The notes beneath the pieces were generated by a model. The model ran no database searches and had not been told where the DNA came from. It was given only the letters and a program-made list of their open reading frames with translations. Position numbers and translations under genes: made by a program. This document shows, piece after piece, positions 44,551-53,551 of a DNA stretch of 64,000 nucleotides; within the stretch, counting starts at the first letter, position 1, and each line of letters begins with the position of its first letter. This stretch comes from an uncultured Actinomycetes bacterium (lineage in GTDB: Bacteria; Actinomycetota; Thermoleophilia; Solirubrobacterales; 70-9): NCBI GenBank assembly GCA_963720735.1, contig CAVRGL010000011.1, positions 17,632-81,631 on the forward strand. The letters run 5' to 3'.

Positions 44551-46047
44551 GTGTCCACACCCGACACACTGGCCGCCCCTGCCCAGGAGGGCACCCCCGT
44601 GGAGGGTTCGAACGGCCTGCTGCTCGAGGTCGACGGCAGGATCGTGCCCAACTACGCCGCGACCATGGTCACCTTCGACGAGGGGGACGTGGTCACCGGA
44701 AACGTGGTGCGGATCGACAAGGACGAGGTCCTCGTCGACATCGGCTACAAGTCGGAGGGAGTCATCCCCTCGAACGAGCTCTCGATCCGCAAGTCGGTGG
44801 ACCCCTCCGACGAGGTCGAGCTCGGCGAGGAGGTCGACGCCCTCGTCCTCACCAAGGAGGATCAGGAAGGGCGCCTCATCCTCTCCAAGAAGCGGGCCCG
44901 CTTCGAGAAGGCCTGGCGCCGCATCGAGGCGGCCGCCGAGTCGGGCGAGCCGGTCGAGGGAACGGTGATCGAGGTCGTCAAGGGCGGTCTGATCCTCGAC
45001 CTCGGCGTCCGCGGCTTCCTCCCCGCCTCGCTGGTCGACATCCGCCGCGTCCACAACCTCGACGAGTTCATGAGCCAGAAGCTCGAGTGCAAGGTGATCG
45101 AGCTCAACCGCAGCCGCAACAACGTCGTACTCTCGCGCCGCGCCGTCCTCGAGGAGGAGCGCAAGGAGGTCCGCGAGCAGATCCTCGGGAGGTTGCAGCC
45201 GGGCCAGGTCGTCGAGGGCAAGATCTCGAACATCGTCGACTTCGGCGCCTTCGTCGACCTCGACGGGATCGACGGGCTGATCCACATCTCCGAGCTCTCC
45301 TGGAGCCACGTAAACCATCCCTCCGAGGTGGTGGCGATCGGCGACACGGTGCGCATCAAGGTGCTCGACATAGACCGCGACCGCCAGCGGATCTCTCTCG
45401 GCCTCAAGCAGACGCAGGAGGACCCGTGGCAGCGCGTGGTCAGCACCCATCGCCCGGGCGACGTGCTCGAGGGCAAGGTGACCAAGGTCGTTGCCTTCGG
45501 CGCCTTCGTCGAGATCCTCCCCGGGGTGGAGGGGCTGGTCCACATCTCCGAGCTCGCCGACCACCATGTCGAGAACCCGAGCGAGGTGGTCGAGTCGGGA
45601 GCGATGCTCAACGTGAAGATCCTCGAGATCGACGAGGAGCGCCGCCGCCTCTCGCTCAGCATCAAGCGGGTCGAGGGTCAGAACATGCCCCTCAAGGACC
45701 TCGGCGCCGCGGTCCAGGAGGCCCAGGCCGCAGCGGTTGAGGCGGCGCCGTCGGAGACCCCCGATCTCGACCTCTCCGAGGAGGTCTTCGCCGAGCCTCC
45801 GCCCGTTGTGGAGGAGCCCGAAGCCGCAGCACAGCCCGAGCAGCCCGCCGCCGAATCCGAGCCTGATGCCGAGCGGGAGGGCTCGGAGGACCCCGCCGAG
45901 GCTCACGAGGGCGAGTCGGTGATCGAGCGACCGGATTCGCCCGATGGCACCGACGAAGCGGCTGCCGAAGACGCCGAGCCCGGGGCTGTCGAGAGCCCCG
46001 ACCCCCCCGGACGCGAAGCGGAGGACGTGTCGGGCAGTAATTCCTGA
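44551..46047 (+). CDS. rpsA: 30S ribosomal protein S1
   Basis: Four S1 domains (e.g. GDVVTGNVVRIDKDEVLVDIG, GTVIEVVKGGLILDLG, GKISNIVDFGAFVDL, GKVTKVVAFGAFVEI) and an acidic tail. Confidence 0.95.
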   Translation: MSTPDTLAAPAQEGTPVEGSNGLLLEVDGRIVPNYAATMVTFDEGDVVTGNVVRIDKDEVLVDIGYKSEGVIPSNELSIRKSVDPSDEVELGEEVDALVLTKEDQEGRLILSKKRARFEKAWRRIEAAAESGEPVEGTVIEVVKGGLILDLGVRGFLPASLVDIRRVHNLDEFMSQKLECKVIELNRSRNNVVLSRRAVLEEERKEVREQILGRLQPGQVVEGKISNIVDFGAFVDLDGIDGLIHISELSWSHVNHPSEVVAIGDTVRIKVLDIDRDRQRISLGLKQTQEDPWQRVVSTHRPGDVLEGKVTKVVAFGAFVEILPGVEGLVHISELADHHVENPSEVVESGAMLNVKILEIDEERRRLSLSIKRVEGQNMPLKDLGAAVQEAQAAAVEAAPSETPDLDLSEEVFAEPPPVVEEPEAAAQPEQPAAESEPDAEREGSEDPAEAHEGESVIERPDSPDGTDEAAAEDAEPGAVESPDPPGREAEDVSGSNS

Positions 46048-46057
46048 GCGGGGACCG

Positions 46058-46675
46058 ATGGCCCCGCTGAAGATCGGGCTCACCGGGGGGATCGCCGCCG
46101 GCAAGTCCGAGGCCCTGGCGGCATTCGGGCGCCTCGGGGCGGCGACCATCTCGAGTGATGCGATCGTCCACGAGTTGCTCGACGACGAGCCGATGATCAG
46201 CGCGATCGCGGCGAGGTGGGGGGACGGTGTGATCGTCGACGGCGCCGTCGACCGCTCGCGGGTGGGTGAGATCGTCTTCGCCGACCGGGACGAGCTGGCC
46301 TGGCTGGAGGCGCAGGTCCATCCGTTGGTCGGCTCGCGGATCGCCTCCTGGCTCGAGTCGCTTCCCGCCGGCACCGACGCTGCGGTGATCGAGGTGCCGC
46401 TCCTGTTCGAGACCGAGATGGAGGGGCTTTTCGATGCCACGGTCAGCATCCACACCTCCGAAGAGGTGAGGCGCGAGAGGGCGGGGGAGCGCGAGCACGC
46501 CCTGGTCGAGGAGCGGGAGGCCCGCCATCTGCACCCGGAGGAGAAGGCGCGCCGCGCCGACCACGTTGTCATCAATGACGGCACGATCGAGGAGCTGGAG
46601 CGGAAGCTGTCCGCCCTGATCGACAGCCTGACCGGGTCCGGGCAGGCCGCCGGACCCGACCAGCTACAACAATAA
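46058..46675 (+). CDS. coaE: dephospho-CoA kinase
   Basis: MAPLKIGLTGGIAAGKSE... is the P-loop. Follows rpsA as in other Actinomycetota. Confidence 0.9.
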   Translation: MAPLKIGLTGGIAAGKSEALAAFGRLGAATISSDAIVHELLDDEPMISAIAARWGDGVIVDGAVDRSRVGEIVFADRDELAWLEAQVHPLVGSRIASWLESLPAGTDAAVIEVPLLFETEMEGLFDATVSIHTSEEVRRERAGEREHALVEEREARHLHPEEKARRADHVVINDGTIEELERKLSALIDSLTGSGQAAGPDQLQQ

Positions 46676-46683
46676 GCCCGCCG

Positions 46684-47322
46684 ATGGCCGCGTCCAGCAC
46701 CCAACGCCGGCCGGCGCGCCGCCGGCCCCACTCCCGTTCCAGCGCCCGCCGCAGGCGGGTCCGGATGCGTCGCGCGGTGCTGCTCGGCGGGGTCGCGCTC
46801 GCCGGCCTCTTCACTGCCTTCCTGCTCTTCCGGGGCAGCGTCGACAAGGTGATCGAGGAGCTCACCCTTCCCCTGCGCCACGAGGACATCATTCGCCAGC
46901 AGGCCGCGGAGAAGGATGTCGACGCCTCGTTGATCGCCGCGGTGATCTACGCCGAGTCGCGGTTCCGCGACCAGACCTCCTCGGCGGGAGCGCGGGGCCT
47001 GATGCAGATCACCCCGGCTACCGCCAAGGACATCGAGAGGAGGAGCGGCGGCACGACCTTCACCGTCAAGGACCTCTCCGATCCGCAGATCAACATCTCC
47101 TACGGGACCTACCACCTGCGCAGCCTCCTGGACCGCTATTCCGGCAACAAGATCGCCGCGCTCGCCGCTTATAACGCCGGGCCCGGGAGGGCGGACTCCT
47201 GGGGCGGCTCGGAGATGACCCTCGACGACATCGGCTTCCCGGAGACCAAGGCCTATGTCGAGGACGTGCTCGACAAGCAGCAGGCCTACCGCAGCAAGTA
47301 CGCCAGGGAGCTGGGCTACTGA
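46684..47322 (+). CDS. membrane-anchored lytic transglycosylase (SLT domain)
   Basis: ...IAAVIYAESRFRDQTSSAGARGLMQITPATA...AYNAGPG... Confidence 0.85.
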   Translation: MAASSTQRRPARRRPHSRSSARRRRVRMRRAVLLGGVALAGLFTAFLLFRGSVDKVIEELTLPLRHEDIIRQQAAEKDVDASLIAAVIYAESRFRDQTSSAGARGLMQITPATAKDIERRSGGTTFTVKDLSDPQINISYGTYHLRSLLDRYSGNKIAALAAYNAGPGRADSWGGSEMTLDDIGFPETKAYVEDVLDKQQAYRSKYARELGY

Positions 47323-47354
47323 GGCGCTGGGCCCTGGCGCTGGCCGTCGGGCTG

Positions 47355-48671
47355 GTGCTCGCAGACTCATCGGTGGTCGTCCTGGCGCTCCCGGACATCT
47401 ACCGGGAGCTCGACACCTCGGTCACCGGGGTCACCTGGGTGCTCGTCTCCTTCAACCTGGTGCTGGCGCTGGCCGCCGTGCCTGCGGCGGTCGCAGCCCG
47501 GCGATTCGGGCCCGGACGCGTGGCGGCGGCCGGGCTCGCCGTCTTCGCCGGAGCCTCGGCCGCCTGCGCTGCGGCAACGGGCCTGGACGGGCTGATCGTC
47601 GCCCGCTGCGTGCAGGCTCTGGGCGGCGCGGCGGCGGTCACCGCCGCTCTGGAGCTGATGCCTGGCGTGGTCGGATCGGAGCGAAGCGCCGCGGCGTCCT
47701 GGGCCGCGGCGGGGGCGACCGGCGCCGCCCTCGGGCCGGGGATCGGCGGGCTGCTGACCGAGCTGGTCTCCTGGCAGTCGATCTTCATCGTCGCCGTGCC
47801 CCTGGCGCTGGTCGCGGGAGCGCCGCTGCTCGCCGTCGCCCGCGAGGAGGCGGCGCCGGGGACGGTGGAGCGGGAGCTGGGCCGCACGGGCCGGCCGCAT
47901 CTGGCCGCCAACGTCGCCCTCGCGCTGGTCTCGGCGGCGATCGCCGCGGCGCTCTTCCTCGTCGTCCTGCTGCTGATCGAGGGCTGGCGCCTGAGCCCGA
48001 TCGCCGCCGCTGTCGTGGTCACCGCGATGCCGCTTGCGGCGCTGGTGGGGACGCGGATCTCGCCGCTGGTCCCCAGCTCTCGCGCCCGCGCCGCCGCCGG
48101 GGCGATCCTGGTCGCCGGTGGACTCGCCGGGTTGGGCTGGCTGCCCAAGGCGACCGTCCTGCTGACCCTGCCACCCCAGGTCCTGGTCGGGGTCGGCCTC
48201 TCCCTGGTCCTCTCCGCGCTCACCGAGTCGGCCCTGGAGGGGCGCTCGCCGCAGGCGATCCACGGCGGCTGGACGATCTCGGCGCGCCACGCCGGCGTGG
48301 TGATCGGGCTGCTGGCGCTGACCCCTGTGTTCACCGCGGACCTGGCGGAGCAGCGACACAACGCGATCGATGCAGGGACCGCCGTGCTGCTGGACGCGAA
48401 GGTCGACCCGGTGCTGAAGATCGAGCTGGCCAAGCGGATCTCCGACCGGCTCGACAGCGAGCGGGGCAAGGTGCCGGTGATCGACCCGGCGTTCGAGCCG
48501 CTGCCCACCGATCCCGGTGACCGCTCCGACGTGCTGACCCTGAAATCCGATCTCCAGGACCAGCTCGACCGCGCGGCCACCCATGCATTCAGCGCCTCGT
48601 TTTTGATCGCGGCGCTGCTCGGGCTGGCGGCGCTCGTCCCGATCGGGCTCTCGCGGGAGGTGGAGCTGTGA
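47355..48671 (+). CDS. MFS transporter (true start probably upstream, see findings)
   Basis: 438 aa with about 12 to 14 hydrophobic helices. ...LALPDIYRELD.S...WVLVSFNL... is typical of the DHA2-like TM1 region. Confidence 0.75.
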   Translation: MLADSSVVVLALPDIYRELDTSVTGVTWVLVSFNLVLALAAVPAAVAARRFGPGRVAAAGLAVFAGASAACAAATGLDGLIVARCVQALGGAAAVTAALELMPGVVGSERSAAASWAAAGATGAALGPGIGGLLTELVSWQSIFIVAVPLALVAGAPLLAVAREEAAPGTVERELGRTGRPHLAANVALALVSAAIAAALFLVVLLLIEGWRLSPIAAAVVVTAMPLAALVGTRISPLVPSSRARAAAGAILVAGGLAGLGWLPKATVLLTLPPQVLVGVGLSLVLSALTESALEGRSPQAIHGGWTISARHAGVVIGLLALTPVFTADLAEQRHNAIDAGTAVLLDAKVDPVLKIELAKRISDRLDSERGKVPVIDPAFEPLPTDPGDRSDVLTLKSDLQDQLDRAATHAFSASFLIAALLGLAALVPIGLSREVEL

Positions 48672-49204
48672 GCCCGGCGCGGCGCTCGAGGGTGCTGGTC
48701 GGCTCGGCGGCCGCGGCGGCGGTGCTTCTCGCCGGCGGCTATCTGGCAGCTGGGGGAGCCTCCTATGAGCCGGCGCAGACCAAGGACCCCTGCAAGCCGC
48801 GGCAGTGGCGCTCTCCCGAGGGGATAAAGGAGATCGTCGAGCAGTTCTCGCTATCGGCCCTTGACGGGGCGGCCTGCGAGCTCGGGGTGAGCCGCGAGAC
48901 CCTTGCCCGGGCGCTGAGCAGCGAGGATGCCCGCCGCCGCTTCGCCGAGCGCTACGGGATCGACGACGCGAAGCTCGAGGACGCGGTCCATGCCGGGCTG
49001 GTTCGCGGGGTGGACGACGCCGAGCGGGCCGGCGCGATCAGCCCGGTCGTCGCGGTGCCGCTGCGAGAGCTCGCAAAGCGGGTCCCGGTCGAGGAGGGGA
49101 TCAAGCTGATCAACGACGCCAGCCCGCTTTTCGACGACGCCCGTGGACTGCTCAACCTGCTCGGGGGCCAGGACCTGGGAGGCCTCGGCCAGCTGATCCC
49201 GTAG
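48668..49204 (+). CDS. hypothetical membrane-anchored protein
   Basis: 178 aa with an N-terminal anchor VLVGSAAAAAVLLAGGYLAA. The start overlaps the MFS stop (GTGA). No family recognised. Confidence 0.45.
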   Translation: MSPARRSRVLVGSAAAAAVLLAGGYLAAGGASYEPAQTKDPCKPRQWRSPEGIKEIVEQFSLSALDGAACELGVSRETLARALSSEDARRRFAERYGIDDAKLEDAVHAGLVRGVDDAERAGAISPVVAVPLRELAKRVPVEEGIKLINDASPLFDDARGLLNLLGGQDLGGLGQLIP

Positions 49205-49207
49205 GAG

Positions 49208-49570
49208 CTAATCCCGGGTCGCGCGCCAGACCCAGAGCATCGCCAGGGGCTGGAGCGGCAGCCGCGCCCACAGCAGCCAGGCCGGGACCATCTCCAGCGC
49301 CCTGATCTGGTCGCGGTGGACGGCCATGTGGATGTTGGCGGGGAAGACGGCAACCAGCAGGCCGATCAACCACCAGCGGGCCAAGGGTCGGGTGCGCCCC
49401 GAGGTGACCGCCGCGGCCCCCGCGATCTCGGCCATGCCGCTGATCACCACCGACTCGCGGTGGGCGGGGAAGCTTGGCGGCATCATCGCCCGGTAGCGGC
49501 GCGGGGCGACGAAGTGCATCGCCCCAGCGAAGGTGAAGAAGCCGGCGAGCAGGCGCTGGGAGCGGGTCAC
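49208..49570 (-). CDS. DoxX-like small membrane protein
   Basis: 120 aa with 3 to 4 helices. ...LLAGFFTFAGAMHF...GMAEIAGAAAV...FPANIHMA... Confidence 0.55.
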   Translation of the reverse strand: MTRSQRLLAGFFTFAGAMHFVAPRRYRAMMPPSFPAHRESVVISGMAEIAGAAAVTSGRTRPLARWWLIGLLVAVFPANIHMAVHRDQIRALEMVPAWLLWARLPLQPLAMLWVWRATRD

Positions 49571-49633
49571 GAGCGGATTCTGCCAAGCCGGCGGCCGGAC
49601 GGATGATTGCCATGACCACTCTGCCGCTCTACA

Positions 49634-51562
49634 GTGGACGCAGTGGGAGGTTCCGCTTCGACAGCAATCGGAGCGATCGCGGCCCGGCGCCGGCCGGGGA
49701 TGGGAGTGATTCTTGTTCTCCTCCTGCTAGGTGCCGTCTTCGCCGCGCCGGCCGCTGCCAAGCCGAGGCATCACCACAAATGCAAGCGCAGCCAGGCGAC
49801 GGTGAAGATCCGCGGCAAGAAGCAGTGCAAACCGATTCGATCGGTCTTCCCTAAGCCGCGGGCCGGCGATGAGCGGGTCGCCGCCTGGAAGACGATCCTC
49901 AATCCCCCCAAGGGCCTTCGCGACCGCCGTGGCCACAAGCTCCTCTCGCTGCTCCGCGACCAGGGTGGCGCCGGGCGCAAGCTCTACGCCGCGCTGGTCG
50001 CGACCATGCCGAAGGGCTTCGCTCGGCTCGACGCGCTGGACGAGCCCGCGATGCGGCCGCGGGCGGGGCGCGCTTCTGCCACATCAGGCTGCGGCGGATC
50101 CCGCATCCCCAAGAACGAGAACTTCGTCGAGAGATCGGTCGCCGGAATCACCGTCTCGGGAGAGGAGCACTCCTCCCCGAACGGCAAGTCGCTGATCTTC
50201 AGGGCGAAGTCCGGCGACAAGCTCGTGCGGACCTCTGTCGACCAGTCCTCCTGCGGCTCAGAGCCCCTGCCCGAGTGCCCGACCGCGGAGGGCGTCCTCC
50301 GCAGCAAGAGCTCCAGGAGCGAGCGAATCGCCTTTCTCCTCTTCGAGGACGGCGAGCTGGTCGGCTCGACGATCGTCACCTCCGTGACCAAGGTCAGTGA
50401 CCTGGGGCGCACGGCGGCAGACGCCAGGCTCGACTCGATCGACATCGACTACACGGTCCAAACCACCGTGCAGAGTGGGCCGGCCTCGGCGATGTCCAGC
50501 CAGAGCTTCACGGACAAGCGCAAGGTGCGAGTCAACATGCGCGCCCGTCCGGAGTCCTACGCGCCGGGCAGCGCCTCCCTCTCCTCCGGCGGGGCCGGCG
50601 CCGGAAGGCTCGATGACATCGACGAGAAGAGGTTCGCGACGGTGGTCGGCAACCTGATCGCCGGCTACCGCTCGCGGGAGATCGACGACGGCTTCGCCAC
50701 CTCGCCCGGCAAGTGCGCCGAGCTGAAGTTCTCCCCGGGTTCGGACACCTTGACTTTGAAGAAGGGCCAGCAGGGCAAGGTGAATGTCCGGGTCGAGTCG
50801 AACGGCAAGTCCGACAATCCGAGGGCGACGGCGGCGAAGAGCGCCATCGAGTTGGCCAACAGGCAGAACACCACTGTCACGCCGGGGAGCGGCAAGGGAA
50901 AGGTTGTCCCGTTCGACTACACGGTCACCAAAGCCGGCTCAGGAATCAAGGTGATGGCTGGGTTTACGGCCACCTCGACCGCGGGGCTCGCTGCCCCGGC
51001 GACCTGGACTCAGCCGACCAAGGGTCAGGAGGCGCCGGTGAAGCGGATCACCGGGACATTCACCGGCTCCTGGGACTACAACGGCGCCCACATCGGCTGG
51101 ACCGGGTCCGTGACTCTGACGAGGCCCAATTCCGGCGATCCCGGAGCGCAGGGCCATTACACCCAGACGGACGGGTCGGTCACCTACACGGCGTCCGGGC
51201 TCGATCCCATCTATCAGGTCTGCTCGGTCAGCCACACCGAGCAGTTCTCCCTGCCCAACAATCCCGGGCGGGGCGTCGCGATAGTCAACGGCAGCCTCCC
51301 GGACTTCGGTGCTCCCTACAGCTACACGTTCAACGTCGTGGCCAGCAACACCGACTTCATGAGGCTGACGCTCTCGGGCTGCAGCAGCGGGAACGAAAGC
51401 CTCAACGGGACGACCGAGGACGTGTACTTCGGATCCGCGCAGGATCCGATCCAAACCGGGAGCCTCGTGGACCAGACCTCGCCCGACGGGATCGTCTACG
51501 ACGGCTCCGAGACCCTCCGGTACAGCCAATGGAGCTGGACGCTGCGCGGCAAGACGTCCTAG
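49634..51562 (+). CDS. secreted protein of unknown family, tandem paralog 1
   Basis: 642 aa. Signal peptide ...GVILVLLLLGAVFAAPAAA|KPR. Conserved Cys pairs. Strongly similar to the next gene over about 470 aa. Confidence 0.7.
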   Translation: MDAVGGSASTAIGAIAARRRPGMGVILVLLLLGAVFAAPAAAKPRHHHKCKRSQATVKIRGKKQCKPIRSVFPKPRAGDERVAAWKTILNPPKGLRDRRGHKLLSLLRDQGGAGRKLYAALVATMPKGFARLDALDEPAMRPRAGRASATSGCGGSRIPKNENFVERSVAGITVSGEEHSSPNGKSLIFRAKSGDKLVRTSVDQSSCGSEPLPECPTAEGVLRSKSSRSERIAFLLFEDGELVGSTIVTSVTKVSDLGRTAADARLDSIDIDYTVQTTVQSGPASAMSSQSFTDKRKVRVNMRARPESYAPGSASLSSGGAGAGRLDDIDEKRFATVVGNLIAGYRSREIDDGFATSPGKCAELKFSPGSDTLTLKKGQQGKVNVRVESNGKSDNPRATAAKSAIELANRQNTTVTPGSGKGKVVPFDYTVTKAGSGIKVMAGFTATSTAGLAAPATWTQPTKGQEAPVKRITGTFTGSWDYNGAHIGWTGSVTLTRPNSGDPGAQGHYTQTDGSVTYTASGLDPIYQVCSVSHTEQFSLPNNPGRGVAIVNGSLPDFGAPYSYTFNVVASNTDFMRLTLSGCSSGNESLNGTTEDVYFGSAQDPIQTGSLVDQTSPDGIVYDGSETLRYSQWSWTLRGKTS

Positions 51563-51598
51563 ATGGTTGCCGTGGCACCTCGCTGGGTCTAAGGTGAG

Positions 51599-53521
51599 AT
51601 GACAGTGGGGAGCGCTTCGAAAGCACTCGGAGCGGTTGCGTCCCGGCGCCGCCCGGGAGTGGGGGTGGCCATCGTCCTCTTGCTGCTCGGCCTGCTCCTC
51701 CCTGCGGCCGCAGCCGCCAAGCCCAGGGATCACCACAAGTGCAAGCGCTCCCAGGCCACGGTGAAGGTCAATGGCAAGAGGAGGTGCAAACCGATCAACG
51801 CCGTCTTCCCGAAACCGCGAGTCGGTGACGAGCGGATCGCCGCCTGGACGACTGTCCTCAATCCGCCAAGGGGGCTTCGCGACCGCCGCGGCCGCAAGCT
51901 GCTCTCGCTGCTCCGTGGCCAGGGCAGCGCCGGGCGCAAGCTCTACGCCGCGCTGGCCGCGACCATGCCCGAGGGCTTCGCCCGGCTCGACGCCTTGGAC
52001 GAGCCCTCGATGCGACCGCATGCGGCGCGCGCTACTTCCACATCAGGCTGCGGCGGATCCCGCATCCCCAAGGACGAAACCTTCGTCGAGAGATCGGTCG
52101 CCGGGGTCACCGTCTCGGGAGTGGAGCACTCGTCCCCGAACGGCAAGTCGCTGATCTTCAGGGCCAAGTCGGGCGACAAGTTCGTGCGGACCTCGGTCGA
52201 GGAGTCCTCCTGCGGCTCCGAGCCCCTGCCCGAGTGCCCGACCGCTGAAGGAGTCCTCCGCAGCAAGAGCTCCAGGAGCGAGCGAATCGCCTTCCTCCTC
52301 TTCGACGACGGCGACCTGGTCGGTTCGACGATCGTCACCACCGAGACCAGGGTCAGCGATCGGGGGCGCACGGCGGAAGACGCCAGGCTCGACTTCATCG
52401 ACATCGACTACTCGGTCAATACCACCGTAAATAGCGGGCCGGCCTCGGCGATGAGCACTCATCGCTTCACGGATAGGCGCAAGGTTCTAGTCAACATGCG
52501 CACCCGTCCGGAGTCCTACGCGCCGGGCAGCGCCTCACTCTCGTCCGGCGGCGCCGCAAAGCTCGACGACATCGACGAGAAGAGGTTCGCGACGGCGGTG
52601 GGAAACCTGATCACCGCCTATCGCTCCCGCGAGACCGGCGCGGGATTCGCGGACCAGCCGGGGAAATGCGCCGAGCTGAAGTTCTCGCCGCCCTCTGACA
52701 CGCTGAAGCTGAGAAAGGGGCAGACCGGAAAGGTCAAGGTCCGGGTCGAGTCCAACGGGACCGCCGGAAACCCGCGCGCCACGGCCGACGAGAGCGTTAT
52801 CGACCTGACCAGCGCGGAGAACGCGAACGTCACACCGTCGAGCGCGAGGGGCGACGTGGTCCCCTTCGACTACAAGGTCACCAAAGCCGGAAATGGGATC
52901 AAGGTCAGGGCCGGCTTCAAGGCGACCTCGACCGCCGGGCTCGCTGCCGACGCCAGCTGGACGCAACCGACCGCTAAGGACGTCGTCCAGACGATCACCG
53001 GGACCTTCAGCGGGTCCTTGGATCAGCTCTTCTACGGACCCCAGGTGCATCAGACCCACTTCACCTGGACCGGCAACGTCACCTACAAGCGGGACGACCC
53101 GGACGAGACCGGTGCGGCCGGGAGCTACACGCTCGAATCCGGCGAGGTCGACCTCACCGCCACCGGGACCACCGCCCTCGGCTGCACGATCAACGGCAGC
53201 AAGAAGATCACTCTCGGCCCCGCCTATGGCTCGGCGACGGTCACCGGGAGCGGGCCCTACCGCTATTCGTTTGAGGTTTCGTCCCATGACTCGACCGGGC
53301 ACGACTCCGGTGAGGTCGTGATGACGCTGTCGTCCTGTACGGACTTTCCCGAGCTCAACGGCACGACCATGAACGATCTGTTCCTTGACTTCACCCTCGA
53401 CACGGGCTTCGGCGCCAATGCCTCCACCTCCGCCGATGGACTCCAGTATCAGGGGAGCTATTCCATCCTTGGCGGGGCGAGCTGGACCTGGTCGCTGAGC
53501 CGCGAGACCGAGACGGGCTGA
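51599..53521 (+). CDS. secreted protein of unknown family, tandem paralog 2
   Basis: 640 aa. Signal peptide ...GVAIVLLLLGLLLPAAAAA|KPR. Same architecture as paralog 1 with a diverged C-terminal third. Confidence 0.7.
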   Translation: MTVGSASKALGAVASRRRPGVGVAIVLLLLGLLLPAAAAAKPRDHHKCKRSQATVKVNGKRRCKPINAVFPKPRVGDERIAAWTTVLNPPRGLRDRRGRKLLSLLRGQGSAGRKLYAALAATMPEGFARLDALDEPSMRPHAARATSTSGCGGSRIPKDETFVERSVAGVTVSGVEHSSPNGKSLIFRAKSGDKFVRTSVEESSCGSEPLPECPTAEGVLRSKSSRSERIAFLLFDDGDLVGSTIVTTETRVSDRGRTAEDARLDFIDIDYSVNTTVNSGPASAMSTHRFTDRRKVLVNMRTRPESYAPGSASLSSGGAAKLDDIDEKRFATAVGNLITAYRSRETGAGFADQPGKCAELKFSPPSDTLKLRKGQTGKVKVRVESNGTAGNPRATADESVIDLTSAENANVTPSSARGDVVPFDYKVTKAGNGIKVRAGFKATSTAGLAADASWTQPTAKDVVQTITGTFSGSLDQLFYGPQVHQTHFTWTGNVTYKRDDPDETGAAGSYTLESGEVDLTATGTTALGCTINGSKKITLGPAYGSATVTGSGPYRYSFEVSSHDSTGHDSGEVVMTLSSCTDFPELNGTTMNDLFLDFTLDTGFGANASTSADGLQYQGSYSILGGASWTWSLSRETETG

Positions 53522-53551
53522 GACCGCTCCCGCTCCCGCTATCTTCGGCGG

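Noticed and set aside
49603-49854. 83-aa ORF (MIAMTTLPLYSG...) at the start of the first tandem paralog
   Set aside because: It is out of frame with the 642-aa gene and Arg/Gly/Ser-rich. The paralog alignment supports the long frame. The ATG codons are simply part of the duplicated leader.
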